Assembly (NCBI GenBank): GCA_030725715.1
Contig: JANRFG010000027.1
Coordinates: 2,649 to 66,648 of the forward strand
Length of the DNA stretch: 64,000 bases
Direction: 5' to 3'
Origin: Opitutales bacterium
GTDB lineage: Bacteria; Verrucomicrobiota; Verrucomicrobiia; Opitutales; UBA953
The notes below the pieces were generated by a model that saw only the letters and a list, made by a program, of their open reading frames with translations, was not told the origin of the DNA and did not search any database. This document shows positions 25,919 to 35,763 of the stretch, one piece after another; within the stretch, counting starts at the first letter, position 1, and each line of letters begins with the position of its first letter. The position numbers and the translations under genes were made by a program.

Positions 25919-27196
25919 TCAGGCGAGCCGGCCGAGGACGGAGTCCCAGCCGAAGTTCGCCATGTCGGGGAAGAGGAACTGCACGCCCGCGGTCCGGCCG
26001 TCGGGCAGGCGCGCGGGCGCGGCCACGGCGGGCAGGCCCGCGAGCGAGGCCGGGGCGTTGAGCGCGAGCAGGCGGCGGCGGTGGGCGTCGTCCGTGCCGG
26101 CCTTGCTCACCGCGCCGCCGAAGGTCGCCGGCAGCGCGATGAAGTGATGACGGCGGAAGATCGTGCGGAAGGCGTCGGAGATCCGTGCGCGGGCGGCCTC
26201 GGCCGTACGGAGTTCGTCGTAGGTACGCCGGCGGCCGGCGTCGAGGCGCGCCCAGACGACCGGATCGTATGCTTCGCGCCGGCGCTCGAGCCAGCCCGCA
26301 TGGACCCGCGCGGCGGCGTGGCCGCCGAGGACCGGGTAGACGTCCGCGGCGTCGGCGCAGGCCATGCGCAGCAACGTCGCGGCGGCGAGGTCTTCCTGGG
26401 CGCCGGCCTTGAGGGCGACCATGCGCATGGCGGCGAGATCGTCCGCGGGGATGCCTAGGCCGAGGTCGCCGACCCAGAGGCCGGCGCCCGCGGGCGGGGC
26501 TTCGCCGAGCACGGCGGCGGAGACCTGACGGAGGTCGCCGGCCGAGCGGGCGATCCAGCCTTGGGTGTCGTAGCCGGGCGAAAGCGGGAAGACATCGCCG
26601 ACAGGCGCGACATCAGGCGAGAGGCGGAGGCCCCAGACGCCGCAGTAGCCGCAAGGCACGCGGATCGAACCGGCCGTATCGGTGGCGAGCGCGAACGGCA
26701 CGAGCCCGCGGGCGACGGCGAAGGCCGAGCCGGAGCTGGAGCCACCCGCGAGCAGGTCGGGGCGAGCCGGATGCGGGCAGTCGCCGTAGTGCGGGTTCTC
26801 ACCGCTCAGTCCGAAAGCGAATTCGTTGAGCTGCGTGCGGCCGCACTCGACGGCGCCGGCATCGCCTTCGAAGGCGGCCGGGAGCGAAGACGTCGCGCGG
26901 GCCGCGCCGATCTCCTGCGGGAGGAACGTCGAGCCCGCGAAGGTCGGTTCGTGCTGCCGGAAATAAAGGTCCTTCGTGAGGAAAGGCACGCCGCCGAGGG
27001 CCGATTCGCGCAGCGGCCAGGCTTCCTCGAAGCGGCGCGTCAGCGTGCGCGTGTCGGGCAGGCCGCATAGGGCCGCCCGTTGTTCCGCCGGGCCGATCTC
27101 GGCCAGCTTGATGAGGAAAGCCTCCGCCGCCATGCGCGGACCACGCGTGAGCGTGAACTCGCGCCAGTCTTCGACGGACTGCGGCAGCAGGGTCAC
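25919..27196 (-). CDS. amidase-signature family enzyme
   Basis: 425 aa with a GTG start. GGSSSGSAFAVARG...ATDTAGSIRVP is the amidase signature. Confidence 0.8.
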   Translation of the reverse strand: MTLLPQSVEDWREFTLTRGPRMAAEAFLIKLAEIGPAEQRAALCGLPDTRTLTRRFEEAWPLRESALGGVPFLTKDLYFRQHEPTFAGSTFLPQEIGAARATSSLPAAFEGDAGAVECGRTQLNEFAFGLSGENPHYGDCPHPARPDLLAGGSSSGSAFAVARGLVPFALATDTAGSIRVPCGYCGVWGLRLSPDVAPVGDVFPLSPGYDTQGWIARSAGDLRQVSAAVLGEAPPAGAGLWVGDLGLGIPADDLAAMRMVALKAGAQEDLAAATLLRMACADAADVYPVLGGHAAARVHAGWLERRREAYDPVVWARLDAGRRRTYDELRTAEAARARISDAFRTIFRRHHFIALPATFGGAVSKAGTDDAHRRRLLALNAPASLAGLPAVAAPARLPDGRTAGVQFLFPDMANFGWDSVLGRLA

Positions 27197-28551
27197 AGGT
27201 CGAGCGGGACGCCCGGTTCGGGGTCATGCACGCGGGTGCCGGGCAGGGCGGCCGCGAGGGTCTCCTTCATCCACGCGCGCGCGGGCGGATCGCCGTGCGT
27301 CAGGACGATGTCCTTCGGCGAGACGGATTTCGCGAAGTCGACGAGCTCCTCGCGGTCGGCGTGGCCGCTGAGGTGGAAGCGTTCGACCTTGGCGCGCAGG
27401 GTCGCGGTGTGGTCGAGGGTCTTGAACTTGAATTCGCCGCCGGGGTTCATGCCGATGAGCTCGCCGCCCGGGGTCTCCGGGTCGCAGTAGCCGACGAAGA
27501 ACACTGCGTTCTCCTCATGGTCGAGCATGTTCGCGGCGACGCGCCAGGCGGGCGTCTTCTCGACGAGCATGCCGCTCGAGAGGAGGTAGATGCCGCGTTC
27601 GGGCATGTTCTTGCCCGGCTGCACGTACTTGCGCGAGAGGGGCAGGATGCCGAGGTCGCGGAGGACCTGACGGCTGAACTTCACCTGCTTGGTCTTGCGG
27701 CTCGCTTCGTCGAGGTAGTCGCAGAGGTCGAGGCCGAGGCCGGAGCAGAAGATCGGCACGTCGGCCAGGTTGCCCGCGTCGGCGGCTTCCTGGAGCAGCA
27801 GCAGGATCTCCTGCATGCGGCCGAAGGCGAAGGCCGGGAGCAGCACCGAGCCGCCCTCGTCGCAGACTTCGTTGATCGCCTTGATGAGGCGCTGCTCTTC
27901 CTTGCCGCGGTTGAACGACGGCGTCGTCGCCGTGGCCCCGCGCGTGCATTCCATCACGAGGGTGTCGACCGGCGTGCGCGGGAAGTTGGCGCCGGCGACG
28001 GTGCGCTGGGCCTGGAAATGGACGTCTCCGGTGAAGAAGTGCTTCTTCTTGCGATGTTCGACGAGGCAGCCGACCGCGCCGGCCACGTGGCCCGCGAGAT
28101 GGAAGGAGAGGGCGACTTCTTCGCCACCACGGCCGATGACGCGCGGGTTGGCCAGGGGCACCGCCGCGAGGGCGTGCTCGACGCGTTCGACGTCGGTCTC
28201 GACGTAGAGCGGGTAGTCCTGGTTGCCGGTCTCCTCGCGCTGGCGCTTCATCACCTGGATGGAGTTGCTCAGCAGGCGGCGGACGAAGAGCGTCGTGGCG
28301 CCCGACGCGTAGACGCGGGCCGACGGGTGCTGCTTGAGCAGGAGCGGGAGCGAGCCGAGGTGGTCGAGGTGGCAGTGCGTGAGGATCACGCCGTCGACCG
28401 AGCCCTGGATCTTGTCGATCTGCGGGAGCGCCTTGCGGCCGTCGAGCTTGGGATGGAGGCCGCAGTCGAACACCAGCCGCAGGCCGCCGAATTCGGCGAG
28501 CATGCAGTTGGCGCCGATTTCACGGCCGGAGTTGAGGTCAGTAAGTCGCAT
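27193..28551 (-). CDS. MBL-fold beta-CASP family hydrolase (RNA-metabolising type)
   Basis: The internal ATG at 28551 (MRLTDLNSGREIGANC...) gives 452 aa. Motifs: HCHLDHLGSLP (HxHxDH), the beta-CASP middle region, and C-terminal LSGHADREEL. Confidence 0.8.
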   Translation of the reverse strand: MRLTDLNSGREIGANCMLAEFGGLRLVFDCGLHPKLDGRKALPQIDKIQGSVDGVILTHCHLDHLGSLPLLLKQHPSARVYASGATTLFVRRLLSNSIQVMKRQREETGNQDYPLYVETDVERVEHALAAVPLANPRVIGRGGEEVALSFHLAGHVAGAVGCLVEHRKKKHFFTGDVHFQAQRTVAGANFPRTPVDTLVMECTRGATATTPSFNRGKEEQRLIKAINEVCDEGGSVLLPAFAFGRMQEILLLLQEAADAGNLADVPIFCSGLGLDLCDYLDEASRKTKQVKFSRQVLRDLGILPLSRKYVQPGKNMPERGIYLLSSGMLVEKTPAWRVAANMLDHEENAVFFVGYCDPETPGGELIGMNPGGEFKFKTLDHTATLRAKVERFHLSGHADREELVDFAKSVSPKDIVLTHGDPPARAWMKETLAAALPGTRVHDPEPGVPLDL

Positions 28552-28982
28552 CAGGAAGGGTCGGGCGGGGGCGTCATCGCGAAGACCGGGATCCGCGTGA
28601 AGACGCGTTCGCCGGCCGAGGTCGTGCCATGGAAGGAGCCTTCGGCCGTCCGCGGGCCGCCGGCCAGGTGGTAGCTGTTGTAGGAGAACTGCTCGCCCGG
28701 GGGCAGGGTGGGGGTCTCGCCCACGATGCCGTCGCCTTCGAAGATCTCGATCTCGCCGTCCGGCGAGCGGATGATCCATTTCCGGCCGAGCAGCTTGACC
28801 GTCTCCTGGGAGAGGTTGCTGATGGTCAGGAAGTAGACGAAGGCGTGCGGGGTTTCCGGGGGGAAGTTCGCATCCCGGTGGTGGGACACCTTGTCGACGG
28901 TGACCCTGAGGCCTGGGAGTTCCTTTCCGGTAGCTTGCACGTGACCCAAGACAAGAGGGCTTGGCCGACTTACGGAAGCCAT
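28551..28982 (-). CDS. apaG: ApaG (DUF525) protein
   Basis: 143 aa from the internal ATG at 28982. YFLTISNLS...W.I....G....EGDGIVGETPTLPPGEQFSYNS...G...G is typical of ApaG. Confidence 0.8.
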   Translation of the reverse strand: MASVSRPSPLVLGHVQATGKELPGLRVTVDKVSHHRDANFPPETPHAFVYFLTISNLSQETVKLLGRKWIIRSPDGEIEIFEGDGIVGETPTLPPGEQFSYNSYHLAGGPRTAEGSFHGTTSAGERVFTRIPVFAMTPPPDPS

Positions 28983-29056
28983 AAATGGGGCAATCGTCGG
29001 GCCTAACGACCTTCCCTTCTTGCCCCTTGGGGCGGACGACCTTTGATGGGTCACGG

Positions 29057-31615
29057 ATGTCCACCCTCGCCGATCGCAAGCGCAACCTCGGGCGCGTCCC
29101 GGTGAAGTGGATCGTGCTGGCCGCCTATATCCTGCTGGTCCTGGTCTCCCGCTGGGTCACCTCGTCCGACCGCCAGCCCAAGCCGGAGCTGGCCCAGCGG
29201 GTGGAATTCACGCCGCTCGGCAGTCCGCCGGGCCATACCGCCTTGCCGGTCATCGTCATTCCCCGTCTCCCGGACGGTGGCGCCGACTTGAATCAGGCCG
29301 CCGTCGACCTCGTCAAAATCCCGAAGGGCGCCGATAATGTGGGCCCGGTCTACGCCGTCCGCTGGCCGACCGCCTACCATCGCTCACGCGCCTCGATGAG
29401 CGACGAGAGCATCGCCGCCGACATGCTGTCTTCGATGGAGTCGCAGCTCGGCAAGGGTCGGTTCCATCTCGTCGGCGAAGGCATGGGCGGGATGGTCGCC
29501 CTCGCGGTCGCGACGAAGTATCCGGACCGCGTGGCCTCGCTGACGCTGATCTCCGCGCCCGGCGCCCAGGAATACACGCTCCTCGGCAACGCCGTCGCCA
29601 ACAAGTTCGTCTACTTCTTCCATCATATCCCGTTCTTCCTGTTCGACGTCGCCACGCCGCATTTCGGGCTGGCCGACCGCCTGCCTTATAACCGCGGCTA
29701 CTCGGGCGTCTTCTTTGACAGCGATCTTTCCGACGCCAAGGCCGCCCTGCGCGCCTGGAACGGACCGGCGCTGCTCGTCCACGGCAAGAGCGATTGGGTC
29801 ACGCCGGTCGACGCCGCCCGTTATTCGTCCAAGCTCATGCCGCAGGCCCGGCTCATCGAGGTCGAGGGCGGCCACGACGCCGAAGCTTCGCTTGAGGTCA
29901 TCCGTTTCATCGCCGCCGCCGAGGCCGGCCAGGCGGTCAGGCGCGCGGCCCCCGTCGCGGCGACCGAGCCTTATCCGGAGCTCGTGGTGTCCGACGGCGC
30001 CCGCTTCTGGATCCTGATCCACATCATCATCCTCTGCACGTTCGTGGCCGAGGATCCGACGTGCCTCGCCGCGGGCCTCCTCGCGGCCGAAGGCATCATC
30101 GGCTTCTGGTGGGCGGCCTTCGCCTGCACGGTGGGCATCTTCATCGGGGACATGGTCCTCTACTCGCTGGGCCGTTGGCTCGGGCGCGACGCCCTGGGCC
30201 GGGCCCCGCTCAAGTGGATCGTCAAGGAGCACGAGATCGACCGCATGGCCGGCTGGTTCGGTTCGCCCCGCGGCATGCTCGTGATCGTGAGCTCGCGCTT
30301 CATCCCCGCCAGCCGCGTGCCGACCTACGTGACCGCGGGCATCCTCCGCCTCGGCCTGCCGCGTCTTTCGTTGCTCCTCTTCACCGCGGCGCTCGTGTGG
30401 ACGCCGGTTCTCATGCTCCTCGGCAGCACGCTGGGACCGCCCTTCATGGAGCAGTTCCCGCGCTACAAGCAGTATGCCATGTGGATCGTGCTCGGGCTCT
30501 TCGCCCTCATCTGGATCCTCACCCACTGGGTCGTCCCCGCCATGACCTGGCGCGGTCGTCGCGAGATCGTCATGAAGGTGCGCGGCCTGATGCAGCCTTC
30601 GCTCTGGCCCGGCTGGCTGCTCTACCTGCCGGTGCGCCTGGGCATCGTACTCCTGAGCCTGCGCCATCTCCGCCTCACCGCCTTCGCTTCCGCCAATCCC
30701 GCCCTCGGCCGTGTCGGCGGCTTCATCGGTGATTCCAAGTCGCTGCTCCTGCGTCCGTTCCAGCGCGATTCGCGCTGCTGCCCGACGCTCGCGCTTTCGC
30801 TGGAGGACACCGAGGAAGAGCGGGTCAGCGAAGCCGCCGCGTTCGCGGCCTGCCACGGCTTCCCGGTCGTCTTCAAGCCCGAGGTCGCCGAGGACGGCGC
30901 CGGCCTGCGTTTCGTGCACACCCAGGAGCAGCTCGAACGCCGCGTCCGCGGGGCGCAGGAGGATTTCCTGCTGCAGAAGTTCATCCCGGGCTTCGAATTC
31001 GAGGTCGTCTGGCGGCGTAACCCCGGCAAGGACGACGGCCGCATCATGGCCCTGGTGCACAAGCACGACGTCACCGTGCGCGGCGACGGCGAGCAGACGC
31101 TCGAGGAACTGATCTGGCTCGACGAAGTCGCCGTCTCCCGCGCGAACCTCTTCCTGCGCTGCCACGCGCGCGACCTCAACCGCGTGATCCCCGCAGGCGA
31201 GAAGGTGACCCTCAACCTCACCGGCAGCTACGGCCACGGCGCACGCTGCCGCCAACGCGCCGACCTCACGACCGTCGAACTCGACGCCGCCGTGACCCAG
31301 TTCGCCAAGCGTTTCCCGGGCCTCCACTTCGCCCGCTTCGACCTGCGCGCCGCGTCGATGGAAGACCTCAAGGCCGGCCGCTTCATCGTCACCGAGGTCG
31401 GCGGCTGCTGCCACGTCTCGAGCCTCCTGCGCGACGAGTCGCTCCGCTTCGCGCGGTCTTACGTCGCCGTCTGGGGGCAGCTCAAGGCGTGCCTCGAAGC
31501 CGGCGCCTACAACCTGCGCCAGATGGTGCGTCCGGTGCCCGTCGATGAGCTCATGGCCCGCTGGAGCCAGGCCCGCGGCCGCCACGACGAGTTCGCGGTC
31601 AGCGAGGAGCCCTGA
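29057..31615 (+). CDS. three-domain fusion protein: alpha/beta-hydrolase fold (degenerate nucleophile) + DedA/VTT membrane domain + ATP-grasp
   Basis: 852 aa from ATG 29057. HLVGEGMGGMVALA sits where GHSMGG is expected. DedA pattern: AEDPTCLAAGLLAA...GIFIGDMVLYSLGRWLGR...SRFIPASRVPTYVTAG. C-terminal ATP-grasp pattern: FPVVFKPEVAEDGAGLRFV...LLQKFIPGFEFEV. Confidence 0.65.
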   Translation: MSTLADRKRNLGRVPVKWIVLAAYILLVLVSRWVTSSDRQPKPELAQRVEFTPLGSPPGHTALPVIVIPRLPDGGADLNQAAVDLVKIPKGADNVGPVYAVRWPTAYHRSRASMSDESIAADMLSSMESQLGKGRFHLVGEGMGGMVALAVATKYPDRVASLTLISAPGAQEYTLLGNAVANKFVYFFHHIPFFLFDVATPHFGLADRLPYNRGYSGVFFDSDLSDAKAALRAWNGPALLVHGKSDWVTPVDAARYSSKLMPQARLIEVEGGHDAEASLEVIRFIAAAEAGQAVRRAAPVAATEPYPELVVSDGARFWILIHIIILCTFVAEDPTCLAAGLLAAEGIIGFWWAAFACTVGIFIGDMVLYSLGRWLGRDALGRAPLKWIVKEHEIDRMAGWFGSPRGMLVIVSSRFIPASRVPTYVTAGILRLGLPRLSLLLFTAALVWTPVLMLLGSTLGPPFMEQFPRYKQYAMWIVLGLFALIWILTHWVVPAMTWRGRREIVMKVRGLMQPSLWPGWLLYLPVRLGIVLLSLRHLRLTAFASANPALGRVGGFIGDSKSLLLRPFQRDSRCCPTLALSLEDTEEERVSEAAAFAACHGFPVVFKPEVAEDGAGLRFVHTQEQLERRVRGAQEDFLLQKFIPGFEFEVVWRRNPGKDDGRIMALVHKHDVTVRGDGEQTLEELIWLDEVAVSRANLFLRCHARDLNRVIPAGEKVTLNLTGSYGHGARCRQRADLTTVELDAAVTQFAKRFPGLHFARFDLRAASMEDLKAGRFIVTEVGGCCHVSSLLRDESLRFARSYVAVWGQLKACLEAGAYNLRQMVRPVPVDELMARWSQARGRHDEFAVSEEP

Positions 31616-31616
31616 G

Positions 31617-32213
31617 TCAGCCGCGCGCGGTGAAGGCGTGGCAAAGCGCGGCCGCCGCGGCGTCGGATTCGTCCAGCGCCAGTTCCGCCGAGAGCCCGAG
31701 CACGGAGCGGACCATGCGGCCGACCTGTTCCTTCTTGGCGGAGCCGTGGCCGGCGACCGCGAGCTTGATGCGCGTGGGCGCGTACTCGCCGACCTTGACG
31801 CCCAGCCGCGCGAGCACGCTGAGGGCGGCGCCGCGCGAGGCGCCCATCGCCTGGGCGGTGCGGAAGTTCTGCACGTAGATGGTCTCTTCGATGGCCGCCT
31901 GCGTGACCTTATGTTCGCGGGCCAAAGCTTCGACGGCGTCGGCGATGCGGCCGAGGCACTCGTAGGGCGCGAGCTTCGGGCCAAGTTTGACGGTCACGCT
32001 CGCGAGCAGGCGCATCGGTTCGACACGCGCGTCGACGACCGCCAGGCCGGTGCCGCGCAGGGAAGGGTCGATCCCGAGGATCACCGCGCGGCAGCCGCGC
32101 GCGGCGGCCGTCGGAGCGGCCTTGCGGGCGCGGGGCGCGGGGGCGCCCGTCGGGGTCGACGCGACGCCGCGGAGCTTGTCCGTCCAGAGCGAGCGCGATG
32201 ATTTCCGGGCCAT
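31617..32213 (-). CDS. ruvC: crossover junction endodeoxyribonuclease RuvC (with an N-terminal extension of about 45 aa)
   Basis: Internal ATG at 32213. Motifs: ILGIDPSLRGTGLAVV, IEETIYVQN, GHGSAKKEQV, DESDAAAAALCH. Confidence 0.85.
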   Translation of the reverse strand: MARKSSRSLWTDKLRGVASTPTGAPAPRARKAAPTAAARGCRAVILGIDPSLRGTGLAVVDARVEPMRLLASVTVKLGPKLAPYECLGRIADAVEALAREHKVTQAAIEETIYVQNFRTAQAMGASRGAALSVLARLGVKVGEYAPTRIKLAVAGHGSAKKEQVGRMVRSVLGLSAELALDESDAAAAALCHAFTARG

Positions 32214-32303
32214 GGCGAAACGATGCTCGGTCGTGACCTGATTTCGACAGCAAAAGCGGCGGCGATGGATTGCCAAGGGCGGCGCGCCTCCTAGCGTGGG
32301 CCG

Positions 32304-33215
32304 ATGCGCCCTTCGCTGCTCCTCGCCGGCCTCGCTTGGGCAGCCGTCGCGTCGTGCGCCGAGCCCGCGGTGCAGCGTCGCGAGGCGGCGGAGGGGCCTG
32401 CGCTGGCTTTGCGCGCCAGCGGCAAGCTGGATCCGAAGCTCGTCCCGGAATGTTCGGCGCTCTTCCCCAGCCGCCGGCACCCCGGCGTCTTCTGGACCTT
32501 GTCCGACTCCGGCGCCAAACCGGTGCTCGTCCCCGTGCGGGCGGACGGCTCGAAGGTCTTCACCGCCAAGGGTTACGCCCAAGGTGTCACGCTGGCCGGC
32601 GCGACGAACGTCGATTGGGAGGCCCTGACCGGCGACGACGCAGGCAACCTGATCGTCGGCGACGTCGGCAACAACGTCTCTCGCCGCAAGGAACTCGCCT
32701 TCTACCTTTGCGCGGAGCCGAATCCCGACGACATCTCCGTCCCGGCGCGGAAGGTCACGTTCGCCTGGCCCGATCAGACGGCCTTTCCCGACCCCGAGCT
32801 CGCCCACGACTGCGAAGCGATGTTCCTCCTGCGCGGGAAACTCTATCTCCTTACCAAGCACCGGCGCGACACGCTGACCGACCTCTGGCGTGCGGACCTC
32901 CCGGCGACCGGAGATCGCGCCACGCTGACCAAGCTCGCGCGCTTTGATATCGGGGGGATGGTCACCGACGCCTGCCTTTCACCGGATCGGACGCGCCTCG
33001 CCGTGCTGACTTATCGTAACGTGTGGGTGTTCGACCTGCCGGCGACCGGCGAGGATTTCTTCCGCGGCCGCGCGGTCCACGCCACGCTTTCGCCGCCGGT
33101 ACTCTCCTTCCAGCTCGAAGGCTGCGCTTGGGCCGATGCCGCGAACCTGCTCCTCGGTTCGGAGCAGGGCGATCTTTTCCGCCTGCCGCTCACGCAGCTC
33201 CGCGAGGTCAAGTGA
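32304..33215 (+). CDS. putative lipoprotein of unknown function (beta-propeller-like)
   Basis: 303 aa. Signal plus lipobox-like LAWAAVASC. I recognised no family with confidence. Confidence 0.55.
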   Translation: MRPSLLLAGLAWAAVASCAEPAVQRREAAEGPALALRASGKLDPKLVPECSALFPSRRHPGVFWTLSDSGAKPVLVPVRADGSKVFTAKGYAQGVTLAGATNVDWEALTGDDAGNLIVGDVGNNVSRRKELAFYLCAEPNPDDISVPARKVTFAWPDQTAFPDPELAHDCEAMFLLRGKLYLLTKHRRDTLTDLWRADLPATGDRATLTKLARFDIGGMVTDACLSPDRTRLAVLTYRNVWVFDLPATGEDFFRGRAVHATLSPPVLSFQLEGCAWADAANLLLGSEQGDLFRLPLTQLREVK

Positions 33216-33228
33216 CCTCGTGAAACAA

Positions 33229-33259
33229 GAAGACCGGCGGCCTGGCGGCGCCGGTCTTC
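33229..33259. terminator. 11-bp hairpin between convergent genes; T-rich tail on the tkt strand
   Basis: GAAGACCGGCG-gcctggcgg-CGCCGGTCTTC. On the minus strand it is followed by ttgtttc. Confidence 0.6.
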
Positions 33260-33281
33260 GGAGTGAGGACTAGCCGGTCGC

Positions 33282-35276
33282 TCAGAGCGCCTTGGCGGCG
33301 GCGACGACGGCTTCCTTGGTGATGCCGAGTTCCTTCATCACCACGTCGCCCGGAGCGGAGAGGCCGAAGGTGTCGGTGCCGAGGGCCTTGCCGGCGGTGC
33401 CGACGTAGCGGCCCCACGAGAGGGTCACGCCCGCCTCGATGCTGACGCGCTTGGTGCAGGACGCCGGGAGGACTTCTTCCTGGTAGGCTTTCGGCTGGCG
33501 CGCGAAGACTTCCATCGAAGGCATCGAGACGACGCGGACGCCGGCGCCGAGTTCTTCGCCGGCCGCGAGGGCGAGCGAGAGTTCGCTGCCCGTGCCGATG
33601 ATGATGTGGGTGAGAGGCGCGGTCTCCTTGCGGAGCACGTAGCCGCCCTTGAGCACGCCCTGACGGCGCGTGGCGACCGGGATGGCGTCGAGGGAGGGGA
33701 CGTTCTGGCGAGAGAGGATCAGCGCGACGGGGCCGTCCTTGCGGGCGACGGCGTGGGCGAAGGCGGCGGCGGTCTCTTCGGCATCGCCCGGGCGGACCAC
33801 ATCGAGGTTCGGAATGCAGCGCAGGGCGCTGACGGTCTCGACCGGCTGGTGGGTCGGGCCGTCTTCGCCGACGCCGACGGAGTCGTGCGTGAAGATGTAG
33901 AAGGCCTGCAGCTTCGCCAGGGCGGCGACGCGGATCGACGGGCGGAGGTAGTCGGAGAACGTCAGGAACGTCGCGCCGGAGCCCTTGAAGATGCCGTGGT
34001 AGGCCATGCCGTTGAGGATGGCGCCCATCACATGCTCACGGATGCCGAAGTAGAGGTTGCGTCCGGCCGGGGTCGCGACGTCGAAGTCGCCGACGTCCTT
34101 GATGTAGTTCTTGGTCGAGCCGTGGAGGTCGGCCGAACCGGAGAGCACGAGGGGCGAGGCCTTGGCGACGGCGTTGATGCAGGCTTCGCCGGAGACGCGG
34201 GTCGCGAGCGAGTTCTTGCCGAACTCCGGGATGGCGGCGAGGAGGGACTGGACGTCGCCGTGGTCGCCCTGCTGGGCCTTGGCGAGGAGGGCGGCCTTCT
34301 CGGGGTTGGCCTTGGACCAGGCGGCGAAGGTCTTCTGCCATTCGGCGTGCGCGGCGGCCTGCTGGACCTTGCGGGCGGCGAAGAAGGCGCGGGTCTCGGG
34401 GGAGACGAAGAACTTCTCTTCCGGGAGGCCGAGGGCCTTGCGGGAGGCGTCGACGAACTTCACGCCGGCTTCGCCGTGGCCCTTCGAGGTGCCCTGGACT
34501 TCGGCGATGCCCTTGCCGATGACGGTCTTGCAGATGATCAGCTTCGGCTTGCCGTTCTTGCTCGCGCGGGCCTTGTCGAGGGCTTCGGCGACCGGGGCGA
34601 GTTCGTTGCCCTGGGCGACATGGAAGACTTCCCAGTTGGCGGCTTCGTAGCGCTTGGCGGTGTCCTCGTTCTGCGTCTTCGAGGCCATGGCGTCGAGGGT
34701 GACGTCATTGGAGTCGTAGAGCATGATGAGGTTATCGAGGCCGAAGCGGCCGGCGAAGGAAGCGGCTTCCTGCGAGATGCCTTCCTGGAGGCAACCGTCG
34801 CCGGCGAGGCCGACCACCAGGTGGTCGAAGATCTTATGTTCGGCGGTGTTGAAGTGGGCGGCGGCCATCTTGGCGGCGACGGCCATGCCGACGATGTTGC
34901 CGGTGCCCTGGCCGAGCGGGCCGGTGGTGGCTTCGACGCCGACGGTCTCGCCGAACTCGGGGTGGCCCGGGGTCTTGGAGTGGAGCTTGCGGAAGTTCTT
35001 CACTTCCTGGAGCGGGAGGTCGAAGCCGGCGAGGTGGATCCAGGCGTAGACGAACATCGAGCCGTGGCCGGCGGACAGCACGAAGCGGTCGCGGTTGATC
35101 CAGGAGGGCGCGGCGGGGTCGTGGCGGAGGAAGCTGCCGTAGAGCACGGCGCCGATCTCGGCGGCGCCGAGGGGGAGGCCGAGGTGGCCGGAATGACAGG
35201 CGGCCACGGCGTCCATGGCGAGGCCGCGGGCTTCGGTGGCGGCGCGGGAAAGGTCGGCGGAATTATTGAGCGACAT
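33282..35276 (-). CDS. tkt: transketolase
   Basis: 664 aa. [22 protein letters not shown], and full-length resemblance to Tkt. Confidence 0.95.
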   Translation of the reverse strand: MSLNNSADLSRAATEARGLAMDAVAACHSGHLGLPLGAAEIGAVLYGSFLRHDPAAPSWINRDRFVLSAGHGSMFVYAWIHLAGFDLPLQEVKNFRKLHSKTPGHPEFGETVGVEATTGPLGQGTGNIVGMAVAAKMAAAHFNTAEHKIFDHLVVGLAGDGCLQEGISQEAASFAGRFGLDNLIMLYDSNDVTLDAMASKTQNEDTAKRYEAANWEVFHVAQGNELAPVAEALDKARASKNGKPKLIICKTVIGKGIAEVQGTSKGHGEAGVKFVDASRKALGLPEEKFFVSPETRAFFAARKVQQAAAHAEWQKTFAAWSKANPEKAALLAKAQQGDHGDVQSLLAAIPEFGKNSLATRVSGEACINAVAKASPLVLSGSADLHGSTKNYIKDVGDFDVATPAGRNLYFGIREHVMGAILNGMAYHGIFKGSGATFLTFSDYLRPSIRVAALAKLQAFYIFTHDSVGVGEDGPTHQPVETVSALRCIPNLDVVRPGDAEETAAAFAHAVARKDGPVALILSRQNVPSLDAIPVATRRQGVLKGGYVLRKETAPLTHIIIGTGSELSLALAAGEELGAGVRVVSMPSMEVFARQPKAYQEEVLPASCTKRVSIEAGVTLSWGRYVGTAGKALGTDTFGLSAPGDVVMKELGITKEAVVAAAKAL

Positions 35277-35352
35277 AGGCCTTATGCGTAAGGCATAAAG
35301 CGGAGGGGTTTCCAGCCTTGAATGAGCCTCCGAACCTCTTCAAAACGGACAC

Positions 35353-35760
35353 ATGTCCGACCAAGAACTCGAAGAAGGCCAAGCCCTCCGGCTGGATTTC
35401 AAGAAACTGCGTAAAATCGCCTCCGGACAGGCCGACGTCATCCCGGCCGTCGCCCAGGACGCCGTCACAGGCGAGGTGCTGATCCTCGGCTACGCCAACG
35501 AGCTCGCGCTGCAGACCGCCCTGCGTGAAAAGAAGGCCACGTTCTGGAGCACCTCGCGCAATGAACTTTGGATCAAGGGCCTGACCTCGGGCGACTTCCT
35601 CGAGCTCCTCGAGGTGCGCGTGAACTGCGAGCAGAACTCGATCCTCTACAAGGTCCGCCCCGCGGGCCAGGGCGCGTGCCACACGAAGGAGCACGGCAAG
35701 GCGCGTTCGGGTTGTTACTACCGCCGCCTCAAGGCCGACGGCACGTTGGAGAAGGCCTGA
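35353..35760 (+). CDS. hisI: phosphoribosyl-AMP cyclohydrolase (monofunctional HisI)
   Basis: 135 aa. PAVAQDAVTGEVLILGYAN, FWSTSRNELWIKG.TSG, NCEQNSILYKV...G.ACH. Confidence 0.85.
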   Translation: MSDQELEEGQALRLDFKKLRKIASGQADVIPAVAQDAVTGEVLILGYANELALQTALREKKATFWSTSRNELWIKGLTSGDFLELLEVRVNCEQNSILYKVRPAGQGACHTKEHGKARSGCYYRRLKADGTLEKA

Positions 35761-35763
35761 GCC

